Positions 1 to 14,743 of a stretch of DNA of 64,000 bases are shown here, piece by piece. This DNA comes from the human T2T-CHM13v2.0 reference genome, Homo sapiens. The DNA lies in assembly GCF_009914755.1 (NCBI RefSeq), contig NC_060938.1. One strand, written 5' to 3'. The notes under the pieces were generated by a model. That model saw nothing but the letters and a program-made list of their open reading frames with translations, was not told the DNA's origin and ran no database searches. Made by a program: the position numbers and the translations under genes. Positions within the stretch are counted from its first letter, which is position 1. The number at the start of each line of letters is the position of its first letter.

Positions 1-129
1 TGTCAACTGTAATTCTAAGTGACTTTCACTTTAGTTATTATGTAATTGAACAAATATCTTAACCATACAAATAACATAACTGATCAGTTCTATCATGCAA
101 ATTGTACTATCATTATTTTTTAAATTTTC

Positions 130-243
130 TAATTTAAAAATATTTGATTAAGTCCAATTTATTCGATTTTTCTTCTATGGATCGTATTTTATGTTAAATC
201 TAAGAAATCTTTGCTCAATTCAAGGTCATGAAGCTATTCTATG
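130..243 (-). mobile_element. Ancient L1M ORF2 fragment
   Basis: AAGTCCAATTTATT...AAATCTAAGAAATCTTTGC...CAAGGTCATGAAG resembles antisense L1M ORF2. Confidence 0.55.
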
Positions 244-408
244 TTTTGTTTTATTTTTTAATTTTTGAGACAGAGTCTCCTGTTACCCAGGCCAGAGTGC
301 AGTGGCCATCATAGCTCACTGCAGCCTCGAACTCCTGGGCTCAAGTGATCCTCTTGCCTCAGCCTCTGAATAGTTAGGACTATAGATGCATGCCGCCACG
401 CATGCTCG
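244..408 (-). mobile_element. Old Alu monomer (AluJ/FRAM/FLAM-like)
   Basis: T-rich tail then GAGACAGAGTCTC...CTCACTGCAGCCTCGAACTCCTGGGCTCAAGTGATCCTC. Confidence 0.85.
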
Positions 409-574
409 TTGTTATTTTTTTGATGCCTGAAGTATAAATCAGAATACGTGTATTTAAAAGACCCACATTTTATCTCTAACTATTCTTTCATAAATCTGGG
501 CTCCTTTCATATTTTTCTTAAATGACATGGAATTATACTAATTTAAAAATATTTCCCGTGTTACTGAGAAATTA

Positions 575-705
575 ATTTAATCAGCTGAAACTCAGTTTTA
601 TCATTTACAAAGTAGGAATAGTAACTATTCATCTTATCTCCTGGAATTGTGATGAGAACGTAATGAGGTAATAAATGTTCTGGAAACTGTAAAATGCAAA
701 CTATA
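575..705 (+). mobile_element. MIR fragment
   Basis: CTCAGTTTTATCATTTACAAAGTAGGAATAGTAAC...GTGATGAGAA resembles the MIR core. Confidence 0.65.
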
Positions 706-708
706 TGG

Positions 709-1156
709 TATTATAGTCATCATACTCCCCTGAAAAACCCTTGAGATGGAGATTTGTATACAGACCATCTGTTTTGAAATGCTCTTAGTAATAGGTTTTG
801 TGAGAGAATGAAGAGACCAAGATTGAGCAGAGGAAGAAATTGAACAGTGAGGCAGTTGCAACAAAGCTTTCAGCCAATTACAGGGGAGCACTGTATGGTC
901 TTTAGAGTTGCACTGAAATGAGGTAAGGGAGCCAGACCTTTGTACCTCTGATCAGCTTGTCATTAGATGTGGGCTGCCATTGAGGAGGATGGGTACTGTT
1001 GGATTAAGCAGTTTCTGTGGGATTGTGGGTAGATAAAAATTCCTAGGGAAGGACTCAGCTGTGAACCCTCACTGGAAAACACTACCAGCAGCTGGGGGAA
1101 TGCGTGGCTGGGTCCTGAAGGGAGGATTTTGATGCTGTACCAGAGTATCCATCACA
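709..1156 (-). mobile_element. LTR16-type (ERVL) LTR, 3' LTR of provirus
   Basis: Matches recalled LTR16A reverse complement (TGAGATGGAGATT...GTCATTAGATGTGGGCTGCC...CAGCAGCTGGGGGAAT...ATCCATCACA); colinear with 4872-5263. Confidence 0.75.
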
Positions 1157-1345
1157 ATGCACTACTCAAATTATTTGATCTGTGTAAGTTTACCTCATCT
1201 GAGACCTGCTCCTGAATTCTAGTTGATCTCTTTTACTGAGGAAGTTTATAAAAGGAGGTTTAGGAGATGTACTATATCCCTTCCTGATGCGGCTGGTCTC
1301 AGGACTATGCCAAAAGTTATCCTTCTAGATTTAAAAAAATCTTCA

Positions 1346-1675
<330 letters not shown>

Positions 1676-3693
1676 AAATCTTCAGCTACCACCTTGACTG
1701 GTCAGCTGGCTTGTGTGGTGGAGTAATCCAGACCACCTCTGAGGTTCTTTTCTCAGAGAGTGGCTACTTCGCTTGCTCATTTTCTGACAAAATTAGGCAA
1801 GGGAGTACCAATAGGCATCCCAGTAGATTATTTGTATGCCGAATGTATTCTTCCTTGCCTCTATTCTGTAATTTCATCTTTCATGATCAGAGTAAGTTAC
1901 TCCTACCAGGATGGTGGCTCCTTTCTTTGCCTATAGATGTTTTGGCAAAAGAACCACAAATGACTGGGTTGCAGATGTAGCTTAAAATTTAGTGGAACTC
2001 CTGCTGTGTTCCCTGGTGGACGCAGGACCTACAGGTCTGTAGAATGTAGAGTTCTACATTCTTTACCAGGGCATGGTCTTAATCCAGGACACCAGAGGTC
2101 TATGTTGCAATTCACCTATTGGGCCTTAAACTCTACAGGTTATCTTTTCCTAACACAGATAACTCTATTACTATAGGTTTGCTACGTGTAACTTGAATTA
2201 CAGCCTGGACTTGCTGCAGAAACCTTTCCTGATTTGAGTCCTTCCAAAGCTGGAGGCTTTCTGTATCTCTAGGTACAAAGGATGATTCCCAAGTGTTAAC
2301 ATGCTGCCTTCAGAATCGAGTGAGGCCTACCAGGTGGGAGATGCAAGATGCAATTGTTTATATTTTACTTTGGAGATGATGTTCTACCATAACTCAGAGT
2401 ACAGGATTCCTAAAACCTTCACTGATGTGTAGGTTCCTAAATTTTTGTAGGTTTTGTATTCTAGCTTCATGAGTACATTAGTCTCATTAAGATTTCCAAT
2501 TTATTTGCAACTTCTTTCCCATTGGGTCCAATGAACATGATGCCATCAATATAGTGGGCCCATTTGTTTTTCTACAGAATGTTCTCATGATCCAGGTTTC
2601 CTCAGACTATATTATGATAGAGGGAGGCAGAATTAATAGAGCCTCAGGTATAAACATAAATGCATACAGTTATTTATTCCAAGTGAATGAGAATGTGCCT
2701 AATCCTCCTTTATTATAGATATCAACAGCTGCATACCATGTACTCATGGCCATATTCATTTACTCTAGCAAACATACCACATCTGATATAATTGCTATCA
2801 TATTATAACTGCTAATAATTGGTCAAGTTTTCAGAAGTCCACTGTCATCATCCAGTATCTGCGTGGTTTTTGCCAGACTGGGTTATAAAGTGGAGATAGA
2901 ATACAAGGATACTATGTATCCTTTATGTTTTTAAGCATAGCACTAATCTGTCATTTCTTCTGGGATGTTGGATATTGTTTTTGACTTACTATCTTGTCTA
3001 GTTATTTCCCCACTATAATGGCTCTTACCCAAATGTCATTGTGAGTATCCTGCCAATTACCAGGTATGTTTATTTCAATTATACATCTGAGAACCTGGGA
3101 AATGGCCATTTGGTGGGTCTGTGGAGCCAGTGGAACCTCTCTGACCAAATGTGGGCTAGCACTCCACAGCTTCACCCAAGTAAATGCCATTTACTCAGCT
3201 CCTGTTGTTTCAGGATCCTATTATTATCCCCACTGTTACCAAGGAACCAGTTCTATAATAGCATTGTCCACCATTAGTCCTGGCTTATGGAGAAGACAGC
3301 TTCTCAGTGATGCAGGTGCCGCTTTCACCAGCACATTCCTGATTGCTTTGGTGAATGGAATATCTTTCAGCACCCCTTGCAGATACATAGTTGGCTGGTG
3401 GGTTTTTCAAACTTTTGTGGCATATTCACACTAGCATACCTATTTCTCTGAACCTTTATATTTTTCCTTAAGTTGGTGATGAATCACTTTCAGCCTTTTT
3501 TTTTTTCATCTACCATGAGAATTGTAGGGATTCTACATCAGATAGCATGGAGCATAGATTTTTTTTCTGCCTCCCAGAGCTATCCAAGGATGATGTAAGC
3601 ACCATCAGCCAGGTTTTTTTGTCAGAGTGTTAAATTCTGTGTCATGGGACAGTACTCTGTGATAGAGCTTCCCTTATTAAACTTTATGTTCTT

Positions 3694-4041
<348 letters not shown>

Positions 4042-4871
4042 CTACTCCTCTTGCTTGATCCAGCATCCTAAATATCCATCCCCATACATACTCTTTTGGC
4101 TGCTGCTGCTACATTTTGGTTAGATCTTGCAAATCTTTTAGCATATAGTTCTTTTCCTTCTTTAACAGGCCCACTTGGCACTGGCTGCTACATTATACTT
4201 AGGCAAGAGGAAACATCATCCTTTGACAGGGAGGGGAGGGAAAATTCTGCAAGTTTATTAGTTTCAGGGGAATCTGGGCTTTAAAGATTTTTGAATGCAT
4301 GGATCCTGAAGTCCTGATCTTAAATCTCAAGGTCCTACCTTCCCCAAACAAGGCCTTAATCTTGGCACAGCAAACTTTGCTGAGACTGAGCTTTGAACCT
4401 TTTTGGAGCTCCCACGGTCTTTAAAGTTATGTTCTGGGCCTGGCCTTCAGTCTATCCTATTCTTTGGCTGCAGGAGTCAAGTCTATATAAACTGCTGCCA
4501 AGGGAGCTTTCTCACTTTCATATTTTGCCTTACTTTGGTGATGAATCACCCTTAGTCTTTATGTTTATCTAGCTCATCAATAGCACTAGCAACAGCCATC
4601 TGATACTATTATCCATATAATTAATTACTACTTCTTAAACCTCTGAAACTCATGAAATGTTAATTGACTACTGCCTTCTTTTCTAATGGTGTCCCTTCCC
4701 AGTTCACACTGGTGAACGTTTTAACAGTTGCACCACTAGAGCATGCCATGTACTATCCATTTTCTACCTACTATCATACATGGCATCCTCATGGCCAGCT
4801 TGCTGGTGGGTGGTTCAGATTTGAAATCCTAATTTCAGAGTCTGCTTCCTCAGATCATTACAGACACCACC

Positions 4872-5263
4872 TATTTTTGATCTGGTTTCTCAGGAAACAA
4901 ATTCTGAGATTGTATGAGGGAAATTTTCTGGAGAGCACTCTCCTCACAATACCTGTGAGAAAATTGGGTGGAGGGAGAAGTTGGACTGGAAGCTCTGGAT
5001 GGTCCTTCCAAGATGTCCCAAATTGAGGCAATGAGGTGGGGTCTCTGTACCCCTCATTATTCAGTTATTTGGTGCAAATTTGTGTCAGGGAGTGAGCATG
5101 ACCATGGGCAAGGAAAGACCTTTGGATGAGTGTAATTCTTTGGGAGATTCAGCTGTGAGCTGTGACTTGTCAACAGGTGACACTCCCAGCAGTTGGGTAA
5201 ATAAGTGTCTTGATTGTGAAGGAAAGCAGGGTATTTGTGCAGCACCGCATAGCGTCTGCTTCA
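4872..5263 (-). mobile_element. LTR16-type (ERVL) LTR, 5' LTR of provirus
   Basis: Colinear with 709-1156; adjacent minus-strand TGGTGTCTG resembles a degenerate tRNA primer-binding site. Confidence 0.75.
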
Positions 5264-7851
5264 GCCTTCAAATACGGAGGACAATATCATTTACTTATTA
5301 AATTTTCATAAGCAAAATGTGATAATGGTACCTCCAGTACATAGACAACATAGGATATTTGGGGTGCTTAGTACCACAGTGAGAGCTTTTAATATAATAA
5401 ATTCTTAAACTTGTATTGCCTCTTGAAAACCTAATTAAAATCTTAACCAAACTGTTTTGTGTTTAATTTAAATCAGACAATGCAACAATTTTAAATAAGG
5501 GAAAATCATTTTAAAAATGTAACCACTGACCTGCAAGTTTACCCATTCATTATATTTGATAGCACTGGTTAAATAAGTTTAAACCAATAGACTTCAATTT
5601 AGTACATAGTCTAGTAAGATGTTTTTGGAAATGTTGGAGAATAAATCACTTCAATAGTCCAAGCAGGGTACAGATTAGTTATTTACTATTACATTCAGCT
5701 AGATACAAATCAAAGCACTCCATGCTTGCTTTCTATGAATTAGAGAAGTGTGAAAATGAATAGAAGAGTATATTGCTTGTGGGATGTTTAGTGAGATGAC
5801 ATTTAACTTTTAGGAAGCAAGTGATTTTTATTGTTACAGATATTGTTTAGCTGTTAAGAGAATGTTTTCTGGGGGAAATTCTTTTATTTTCTTACTGCCA
5901 GTGTTTCTCAGTGGCTAATATTTCCCTGTCTCTTCTGAGTATTCCTTTTTGCCAACCTTCTGCTGCCCCTAAGAAAGAATTATTGGATATCTCTGCTGTG
6001 GGCTTTTTAAAATTAGTACCTCCACTGGTTGAAGTTTAGTAGTAATGTGAGCAAAATATAGTCTCATAGAAACAAGGTGCTGGTATTAACTCGAAAATGG
6101 GTTCTGTTTCAAATACATGGAAGTGTTTTACTTCTGCAAGCATGCCAATCTGACTCAGATATCACTATTTTTGTCTAATTTGGATCAATTTCTCTTGATT
6201 TATTTATTCAAATATTGAAACACTAACAACTGGAGATGTGTCTGACAAAGACTTTTAAAATATTCCCATCTGACCTAAAATGAACACAATTTGAAAATCT
6301 TGGCACAAACGATTAAATTTTACAACTTTAGATGTGTATGTATTCCTCCAAATATTTCAGTATTCACTCAGGGAGCAAACCTTTGTCAGTCTTTCCTAGT
6401 CTAATTTGATGTCTCTTTGGTGAGGGATCTGACATTTTCTCATAGATCTTGTTTAATACCGACACTGTGCTTTTAATTATTGGAGAAGCTGCAGGCAATG
6501 AAATGTAATTATAACGAAATGAATTGCAGACCCCTGGACCATTTCACCTTTGCCTCCCGGTGAAGATTGTATAGTCTCAGCATCAAAGCATTTGATGCTT
6601 ATTTCTAATCTCTCTATTTGGATGAGGCGAAGAGAAAATCTGATTGAGAAATTATCTGTTGTGCTATCACAAGATGAATCTTTGAGACTGACATCATGTA
6701 TATAAGATACGGTATGAAGTGTTATCCTGCTTCCTTCAAGGTACAGCTACCTGCAGAGAAAGAATTGTCTGCCTGGCTTTTAAAGTAGCATAGTCTTTTT
6801 TTTTTTTTAAAGAAAGTTTAGGAAGATAGATATAAATGTTTATACTCTTATATATCGTTTTGAGTTGTTTTCCCAGCAAACAGTTTAGAAATCAACAATT
6901 GAATTGATATACATGATAACTATGTCATACCAGCCTAATGTTTAAGAGTAAAATTCTATTGAATAGGCCATTTGGACATAAATGAGAGTTAAAGAACTAT
7001 GTTTAAATTTCTTACTGTAAAGAGCTTTTACCCATTGTAAAATATGGTTGCCTCTTGGGTGAAGAGGTTCTAGAAATCATATGTCTTCTTACTTTCCTTA
7101 GACAATTCTCATTTGGCAGGCTTTGGTGAATAAAATTAGGCAGATACTGAAGCTAATTAACTGCCAAGTTACTTGATAGAACAACTCCGTTCTCCTCCTG
7201 ATTATTCTATAACCACTAATTCATTCTTGTAGGATTAAATTTCATTATCTCATTTTCTGGAGAAAGTGTTTGAAAGATCCTGGCCTTACAAGGACATTAA
7301 AGTGTTCATATACGTACGGCACTTGTTTTAGCATTTTACTTTCTTGTCTTGGGATAAATTCACTTATGGAATTATAATGTATCAATTGCCGAGGTCAAAA
7401 ACTTTGGTGTAAGATGGGACACCAAGTAAATGAGTTACACAACTTAATAGAGTTTCTCAACTGATGAGATGACAAATTGCACTCATTGAAGACTCACTGG
7501 GGAAAAAGTAAGGAAGGTAGGCAAAATAAGACTTTTTTTTAAATAAAAAGACTTAGAATAGGAGAAATTGGCATAGAAAGAAAGGAGATCTCTGGAGAGA
7601 GTGCAAGGTAAGGGATATAAAGTTAAACAAGGGATATGAGATGAATTACAAACAGTTTATTTCTGTGGTCTTTCAATCTTTTTGCTATATTATTTCTTAA
7701 AATAATTTCAAAACAAAAACAACCTATGTAGTCTCTCATACAGTTTTAGCTTGACATTTAACTTTTTAAATTATGATTTTAAGTAGCTGGAAGTGATATA
7801 TTTTCATAATAATATAAATATTGACAATGTTAATATTTATATGTTTCCAAT

Positions 7852-8211
7852 TGTGTTAGTCCATTCTCACACTGCTGTAAAGGACTGCTTGAGACTAGGT
7901 AATTTATAAAGGAAAGCCACAGTTCCATGTGGCTGGGGACGCCTCAGGAAACTTACAAGCATGGTGGAAGGGGAAGCAAACAGGTCTTTCTTCCATGATG
8001 ACAGAAAGGAGAAGTGCTGAGCAAAAGGGGGAAAAGCCCATTATAAAACCATCAGGTCTCATGAGAACTCACTATTATGAGAACAGCAGCATGGGGGTAA
8101 TTGCCCCCATGATTTAATTACCTCCCACTGGGTCTCTCCCACAACATATGAGGATTATGGGAACTACAATTTGAGTTGAGATTTGGGTGGGGACATAGCC
8201 AAACCATATCA
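7852..8211 (-). mobile_element. THE1 (THE1C-like) solo LTR, MaLR
   Basis: TG...CA ends, AGATTTGGGTGGGGACATAGCCAAACCATATCA terminus, exact 5-bp TSD CCAAT. Confidence 0.92.
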
Positions 8212-8755
8212 CCAATGAATGTTTTAAGTGTATCTAAGACATTTAAATACAGTTATTTCTTAAATATAAAGAATATATAAGCAAGTATATTTTCAATAGT
8301 CAAAAGCTTTTCATTTTTTTTCCTTTTGAACTTGTACTCCATTCCATTTTTGCCCATAAATTTTTTTCTTAATGTAATATACTTTTATGCTTGGGAATCT
8401 TTCAATGATTTTTCCTTCATAATTTCCTGCAAGCAAAATATGTATATGTAAGTTGAAATTAAATTTATAGTGTCAATAGGTCTTTAAATGATAAATCTTT
8501 TTATTCATTGTCAATTATTAAATTATTTTACAATTGATCAAAGTAGCATATAATTTACCGATTTTAGTAAATAATTGTTATCAAATTTTTAAAATTGAGA
8601 ATGTATCTCTTGGTGAGATGAGCTGTTTGTTTCTCTCCTTATAGAATGAGGAACAGGTCAATACTAATATCTATTTTTTCATTTCTGTAGATTGGACAAC
8701 CAAAACCTTGTTCATTTAAAAAAGTAAATTGAAATAGAGTTTTATTATATCAGTA

Positions 8756-9388
8756 TGTACTGTTTACTGTTTTTTCTTACTCCTAAACTCACCCTTCTCT
8801 AGTCTTTTGTGGGATTCAGGGGCTGGGATTCAACAAAATGCATATCCCAGCCCTTCTGCTTTCTAAGGGGAGACATGATGGCAGGAGAAGAGGAAAAAGG
8901 GAACTCCTTTATGTTTCATCTGTACTTATCTGTGACACGCCAGCACAATTGGTTGATCCTCTTAACTTCTGGTACTGTCAGAACTAGACCTGTGGCTCCC
9001 TTACTCCTTAGAGGTCCCACAGTGTTGGAGTACCCTCATTTTCCAGAGGTCTCTTTTGGTACCATGATGCAATGCTATGTTTCAGAGACCAGCACTATTG
9101 CAACATTGATCCTGTAGAGTTGTGAGACATGTTCCATTTTCACATTTTAAAATTCATTAGGCATATTTCTTCTCTTGAATAAAGTAGTTCTGACCCCCTA
9201 AGGACACGAAATCCTTTATTCCCCCAACCCTTGAGGTTGTAGCTGCTTCCTGTAGTTATCCCTGGGTGACTTGAAGTTCCTTTTTCACTCTTACAGTTTT
9301 AACAACTGTGAAACCAATTCCCTACATTAAATCTCTTAGTTTGAAATATCTAGTTTGGGTTCTGCTTTTTAACTAGACCCTGGACACA
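8756..9388 (+). mobile_element. LTR33-like (ERVL) solo LTR
   Basis: CTCCTAAACTCACCCTTCT...GGGGCTGGGA start and ATTAAATCTCTTAGTTTGAAATATCTAG...TAGACCCTG end. Confidence 0.6.
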
Positions 9389-9931
9389 GTGATCCGTCAT
9401 TATAAACTATTTTTCAAATTGGCAATTGGCTGAAAACTTGGTTAGATTTTGCTTCAGTTTTTTTTTTCTTTTTGAAATCTAAGAATTGGGGAAACAAACC
9501 CCAACTTACAAAACGATTTGCTACTCAGTCATTAGTACCATTCACTTTCAAAATTTCTGGCAGGTATTATTACAAATACAATTATTAAGACTAATTAAAT
9601 GGCTATTATAGCTATTTATAGTGGTACCTTGTTTATTGTCCACATTTAAAAGCATTGAGAATATTAATTTCAATACACCATTGCCACTACCACATTTTAA
9701 ACAAAATGCCTTTCTTGTAACTGTACTTTAAATATGTTTTGATCTTATATTAGCAAAGTTAAGTAATCTGTGTTTGCTATTAACCTAATTGAGAAAAGCA
9801 TTGTCTGCCAATAAACCAAATCAGGCTTATTTTCTTTCAGAAAATATGACTTATTTTTCAATTTTTGTTGGTCAAAACTTGTTTTCAAATTCTTAAAAAA
9901 AATTCTATTAACAGGTCATCAGGAAATTATT

Positions 9932-10229
<298 letters not shown>

Positions 10230-10659
10230 AGGAAATTATTTTTGTGTGTGTTTTGCTGGAGAAGTTTTCAAGGGAAAAATAAAATTGGCATGCATTCTAT
10301 TTTCTGATGTCTGTAATTCTCACTTTGACCAATAATGGTGTTAGAGAAGGTGAGTGGAAGGAGGAGAAGCAGGGAGTCTACCTCAAGCTTCTCAAAGGGA
10401 GTAGAAAAACGATTTTGTCTCTTTTCTATTTCTTAAATACTTTTCAGGGAGGGATTTCTTCCCCTTGATTGGGAGGATATTAATATAAAAATTCTGAAAT
10501 AGAGGAAATTTTTATTTTGCAGTGGTGTCGTTGAAGTGTCACAACTACTTTATTCAAGAGAAGAAATATGCCTGATGAATTTTAAAATGTGGAAGTGGAA
10601 CAACATGTCTCATAACTCTTTAGGATCAATGTTGCTATGGTGCTTGTCTCTAAAACATA

Positions 10660-10885
10660 GCATGGCATCATGGAAGAATTCAGCATGTTGCAGTCAGTTA
10701 GAACCACTGAGTCTAAATAGTGATACCACTACTTGATAGAGAATTTCTTAAGCACTTCAAACCTCAGTGTCTTCATCTATCTAATAATATTTACACTGTA
10801 GGATAGTTTTGAGGATTAAAGGAAGAAATGTACAAAGCACTTAGAACAGTGTCTGACACATGGTAGACATTCAATAATTATGAAT
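10660..10885 (+). mobile_element. MIR
   Basis: CCTCAGTGTCTTCATCTAT...GAGGATTAAA...AAAGCACTTAGAACAGTGTCTGACACATGGTA. Confidence 0.8.
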
Positions 10886-11140
10886 TCATTAGCCACATGG
10901 TGGCTATTAATATTAATGGGCTTTTACTATTATTAAAGGGTGGCTATTAAATGAATTTAAATACCCAATATTGCACACTAGGTATAGAATATGGATCGCA
11001 GTGGTCTGGTTGGGGAGCACCCCATTTATTTTCATATTATGCTGATCATCTTCCCAGTGGCCTTACTGTTTTTGCCCTGTGCTATTCTGCTTTGGGACAT
11101 ATTTCACCTCTGTTTATCAGGACAGTATTTATGCAATTGT

Positions 11141-11408
11141 TTGTTGTTGTTGTTGTCATTTTTTTTTTTGAGACAGTCTTACTCTGTCACCCAGGCTAGA
11201 GTGCAGAAGCGTGATCATTGCTCACTGCAACCTTGAACTTCTAGGTTCAAGCAGTCCTCCCCACTCAGCCTCCTTAGTAGCTAGGAACACAAGTGTACAC
11301 CACCAGGCCCTGCTAAGTTTTTGAAAGTATTTTGTAGAGATGGAGTCTCACTATGTTGCACAGGCTAGTCTCAAACTCGTGGATTCAAGCAATCCTCCTG
11401 CCTCTGCC
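11141..11408 (-). mobile_element. 5'-truncated AluJ
   Basis: Diverged dimer lacking roughly the first 40 nt; flanked by TGCAATTGT and TACAATTGT. Confidence 0.85.
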
Positions 11409-11420
11409 TACAATTGTCTT

Positions 11421-11566
11421 TTTTTTTTTTCCCCCGGGACAGAGTTTCGCTCTTGTCACCCAGGCTGGTGCTGTGGTGCAACCTTGGCTCCATGCAACCT
11501 CTGCCTTCCAGGTTCAAGCGATTCTCCTTCCTCAGCCTCCCAAGTAGCTGGGATTACAGGCACCCA
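11421..11566 (-). mobile_element. 5'-truncated AluS right arm
   Basis: Right monomer only; TSD TACAATTGTCTTTT starting at 11409 and 11567. Confidence 0.88.
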
Positions 11567-14269
11567 TACAATTGTCTTTTGATGGAAGTTTTGTTTCCCT
11601 CCAACACAGCATTAAATTGTGTGTGTCTTCCCTTATGAGCTTCTGCACGCTTCCTCAATGACTGTGTGTTTCTTGTTCAAGTACCTCTAAGATTTTCCTG
11701 GACGTTGTGCTTCCTGCATTTTACTGGTTAGCCATTTCAATCACAACAAAATGTAGATATCATTACATTTTTTCACTTTAGGACTTGATATATAGACTTG
11801 ATATAATATGGCACAGGGTATGACTGATGTAACCATGTCCCTGCCTTCTTAAAATAAGTGATTTGCTCACATTCTCCTATGCAATAAAATATCAGGATGT
11901 TCTCCTATCTATGATTCTCTACTTGCTGTGTTATCTCTCATTCTAGGTAATCAGAAGAAGAAAAATATTAAATATGTTTGAATATTTGGTTTCTAAAGAC
12001 AAATATTGTAAACAATTAGTACGATTTTCAGCTTCATGTACTTTCCTGTGTCTAGATTATAGGGTGTCTTTTAGTTCCCTTTTAATTGTGTCTCAAAAAT
12101 TGGTGTTTTGGAAATTTAAAAAGATAATATACCTCTGATTTAGGAAAACCTCAATACTTCCATGGTGATGTTAGAGTCACAGATGAAATCATCTTTCTGC
12201 TCCCTTGCAAATACCCTACTTGTGTTGTCATCCTCATGCTTCTTTTGAACAAAATATTTCTTCTGATATTCTTTTCTCCAGACCTACCTCTTCCAAAGTT
12301 GACTGGCAAAAAGGACAGTGTAAAACTTCACTTAACGTAATTCTCCTTTTCAAGTTAACGGAGCAACCAGGCCAGAGAATAACTCTGACTTTTGACTGTG
12401 ACTGTTTGTAGTATCCCAGTGAAGTCAGCTGCTTTTAAGGAAAAAATTCCCCAGGAGTGTCCCCAAGAAATATAGAGGAAAGGAAGAAAGTCTTGGAGGA
12501 ATTTATGTAAGCATTTATGTCTATTATGATCCTAGAATTTTTAAAAATTTAAAGTAAAACTGACTCTTTAGAATTACATTTTCAGAGACATCAAAGAAAG
12601 CATTTTTTTCCAGTTATTGAAATAGTTCGTGTGAATTTCTCTATCATCTTTCATAGTTGAATACTGGTTCCCCTTTTCTCACATTTGCTAGGTGTATGGA
12701 TAATGATTTTCCTTCAAAATGCAGTACATTAAAAATGAAAATAATTACTATAAAAAGCCTTTTCTGTGTCTCAGTAGGATTACAAGGTTTCCATCTCCAT
12801 GGTTTCTATTTCAATTTATCTTTTGAAATCAAATTAAACCTTTTTCTTTCTTTGAAATGCCAGGCTCCATTTGTGGTAATAGTTTCTGACAGTTCTAGTC
12901 TTTTACCAAACCTCTCAGTGAAAATGTGTTAGATGATTTCTTTGTTCCTCATATTGTTATTTAAAAATGGAAAACAAAGACAAGACTACTTTTTATGAGA
13001 AAGTCTAACAGAGCATTGGCATTTCCTATTAATGAGAATACAATATCTTGCTTATCAATTTAATTAAATCTATGAGATCTAAGTCTAAGTATGTTTTTAG
13101 TTATGCTGCAGAAGAAAAAATTCAATTATTACTATAATCACACTGAGAACTTAAAATGAATCCTTAAATATGAGTGATCATAATCAATTACAAGGCTTCT
13201 GTATATTCTTAGAAGGGATTACAAAGTGCTTTTTTTAACGTATCAAATTTTTTATGGCTGTTCCATCTACTTGTGAAAACATTAGTATATGTCTAGTCTC
13301 CTGAATGAATAGTATGTATACACACATACATACGCATATATGCATGGGCACATTTAGTTGAGTTTACATACATTTCTTACACAATTAAGTGCAATTTTAA
13401 TGGGTGTTACCTATATTAATTGAAAAAAGAGAAGTAGTGAATAATTTTATTTAAAAGTCACATTTTACTTTGCAATATAATCAAAACTGTTTAGAAAATC
13501 TGTACATTATTCTTTTCTAGTGCTGATTTGGAGATAAGACATTTTGACACTTGGGGAATTTAGCTGCATTAAGGTAACCTAAATATTTTACCAATTTTTC
13601 TTTTTCCTCTGGCCTACACTTCTCTTCTTCCTGCCTAATTGATACATGGTAGAACTACTACTGATAGTTATGACATAGCTAGCAAGTCTTTTAGTAAAAG
13701 GAGCTGAGGGAATTCATAAATACAGAGCTTAAGTTTAATCATCTCAAAGTTCTCTTTTGGTCTCTATATCTTTGAGTTTCAGAAAGTGCGAAAACTTTGT
13801 TACTTCTGAAGACATTTTGGATTCTATTATAAATGCTAAAACATTTTTGATGAAAATGTTTCTAAATCAATGGCTAAGTGCTTGCCTAAGGCTTGCTCAG
13901 ATATTCATAGAAAGAAACAGAAAAGAGTTAAATTCTATAAGGTACCAGAAAAGCTGCAAATTAAAGTCCAAAGAAGTTAAATCTGAAGGAATTAAAATAG
14001 AAAATAAAATTTTCTTGTTTATGTGGGCTAAAATTCCAAAGAAATTAAAGTTTCATGCTCTCAGTTTCTTATTTCTTGATGAATCTTAGCCGAGACATTT
14101 GAGATGGCTGGGAAGTTGTGAAGTTCTTTTAGCAGCTTTAGACCAGACTATCTTCCATTTGATTGCATGTAGCTGTTTCAGAACTTCAGAAGAAGAATCA
14201 TTCTCTTCTGTCTTTTTAAAAAATCATAGATACTCTGGAGCTATAAGATGATCATATCTGTGCAGTGCA

Positions 14270-14743
14270 ATGAACAAAAATTCTAGAATCTACTTTCTGT
14301 GAGAGGGTCTACACACAACTTGGCTTCCCATGGGTCAACATTGTCGCACCCCTGATGAGGGCTCAAGGCCTGTAGCTGCTGGGTGTTAGGTATTTCCAGT
14401 GGACTTCTATAAGCAACTGGGTCCACGGATCCAGACTGGTTGATACCAAGCAGCCTCTGTATTCTCCCACTGGCAAGGGGGGAAGACTCATGGGGTGGCA
14501 GGGAAGGGAGAAGAGTTCCTCCACTGGAATGCAGAGTTACATTATAGGCCCAATTCCTGTTGTGCCTCCCCATGTGGTGATGGGAAGTTGAGGGCCCAAA
14601 CCTTCTGTGTTCCTCTTGGTTCTTGGTCTATGTTAGTATCTCCTTTATTATTCATCTGTTTCTAAATTCACATGATAGGGAATTTGTCTGGGACCCTGGT
14701 TCATGATAGGTGGAGACCCAGAAGTTACCCACCTTATATGACA
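14270..14743 (-). mobile_element. Probable ancient LTR, family unresolved
   Basis: On the minus strand a polypurine tract GGGAGGAGAGGGG lies 3 nt before TGTCA..., the PPT/3'-LTR junction pattern; block is GC-richer than its flanks. Confidence 0.35.

Noticed and set aside
2041-2062. 10-bp perfect hairpin AGAATGTAGA-GT-TCTACATTCT
   Set aside because: Isolated short inverted repeat in a dead ERV with no supporting context.
3002-3434. Overlapping ORFs up to 122 aa
   Set aside because: Lie in decayed ERVL internal sequence, mostly antisense; no intact gene.
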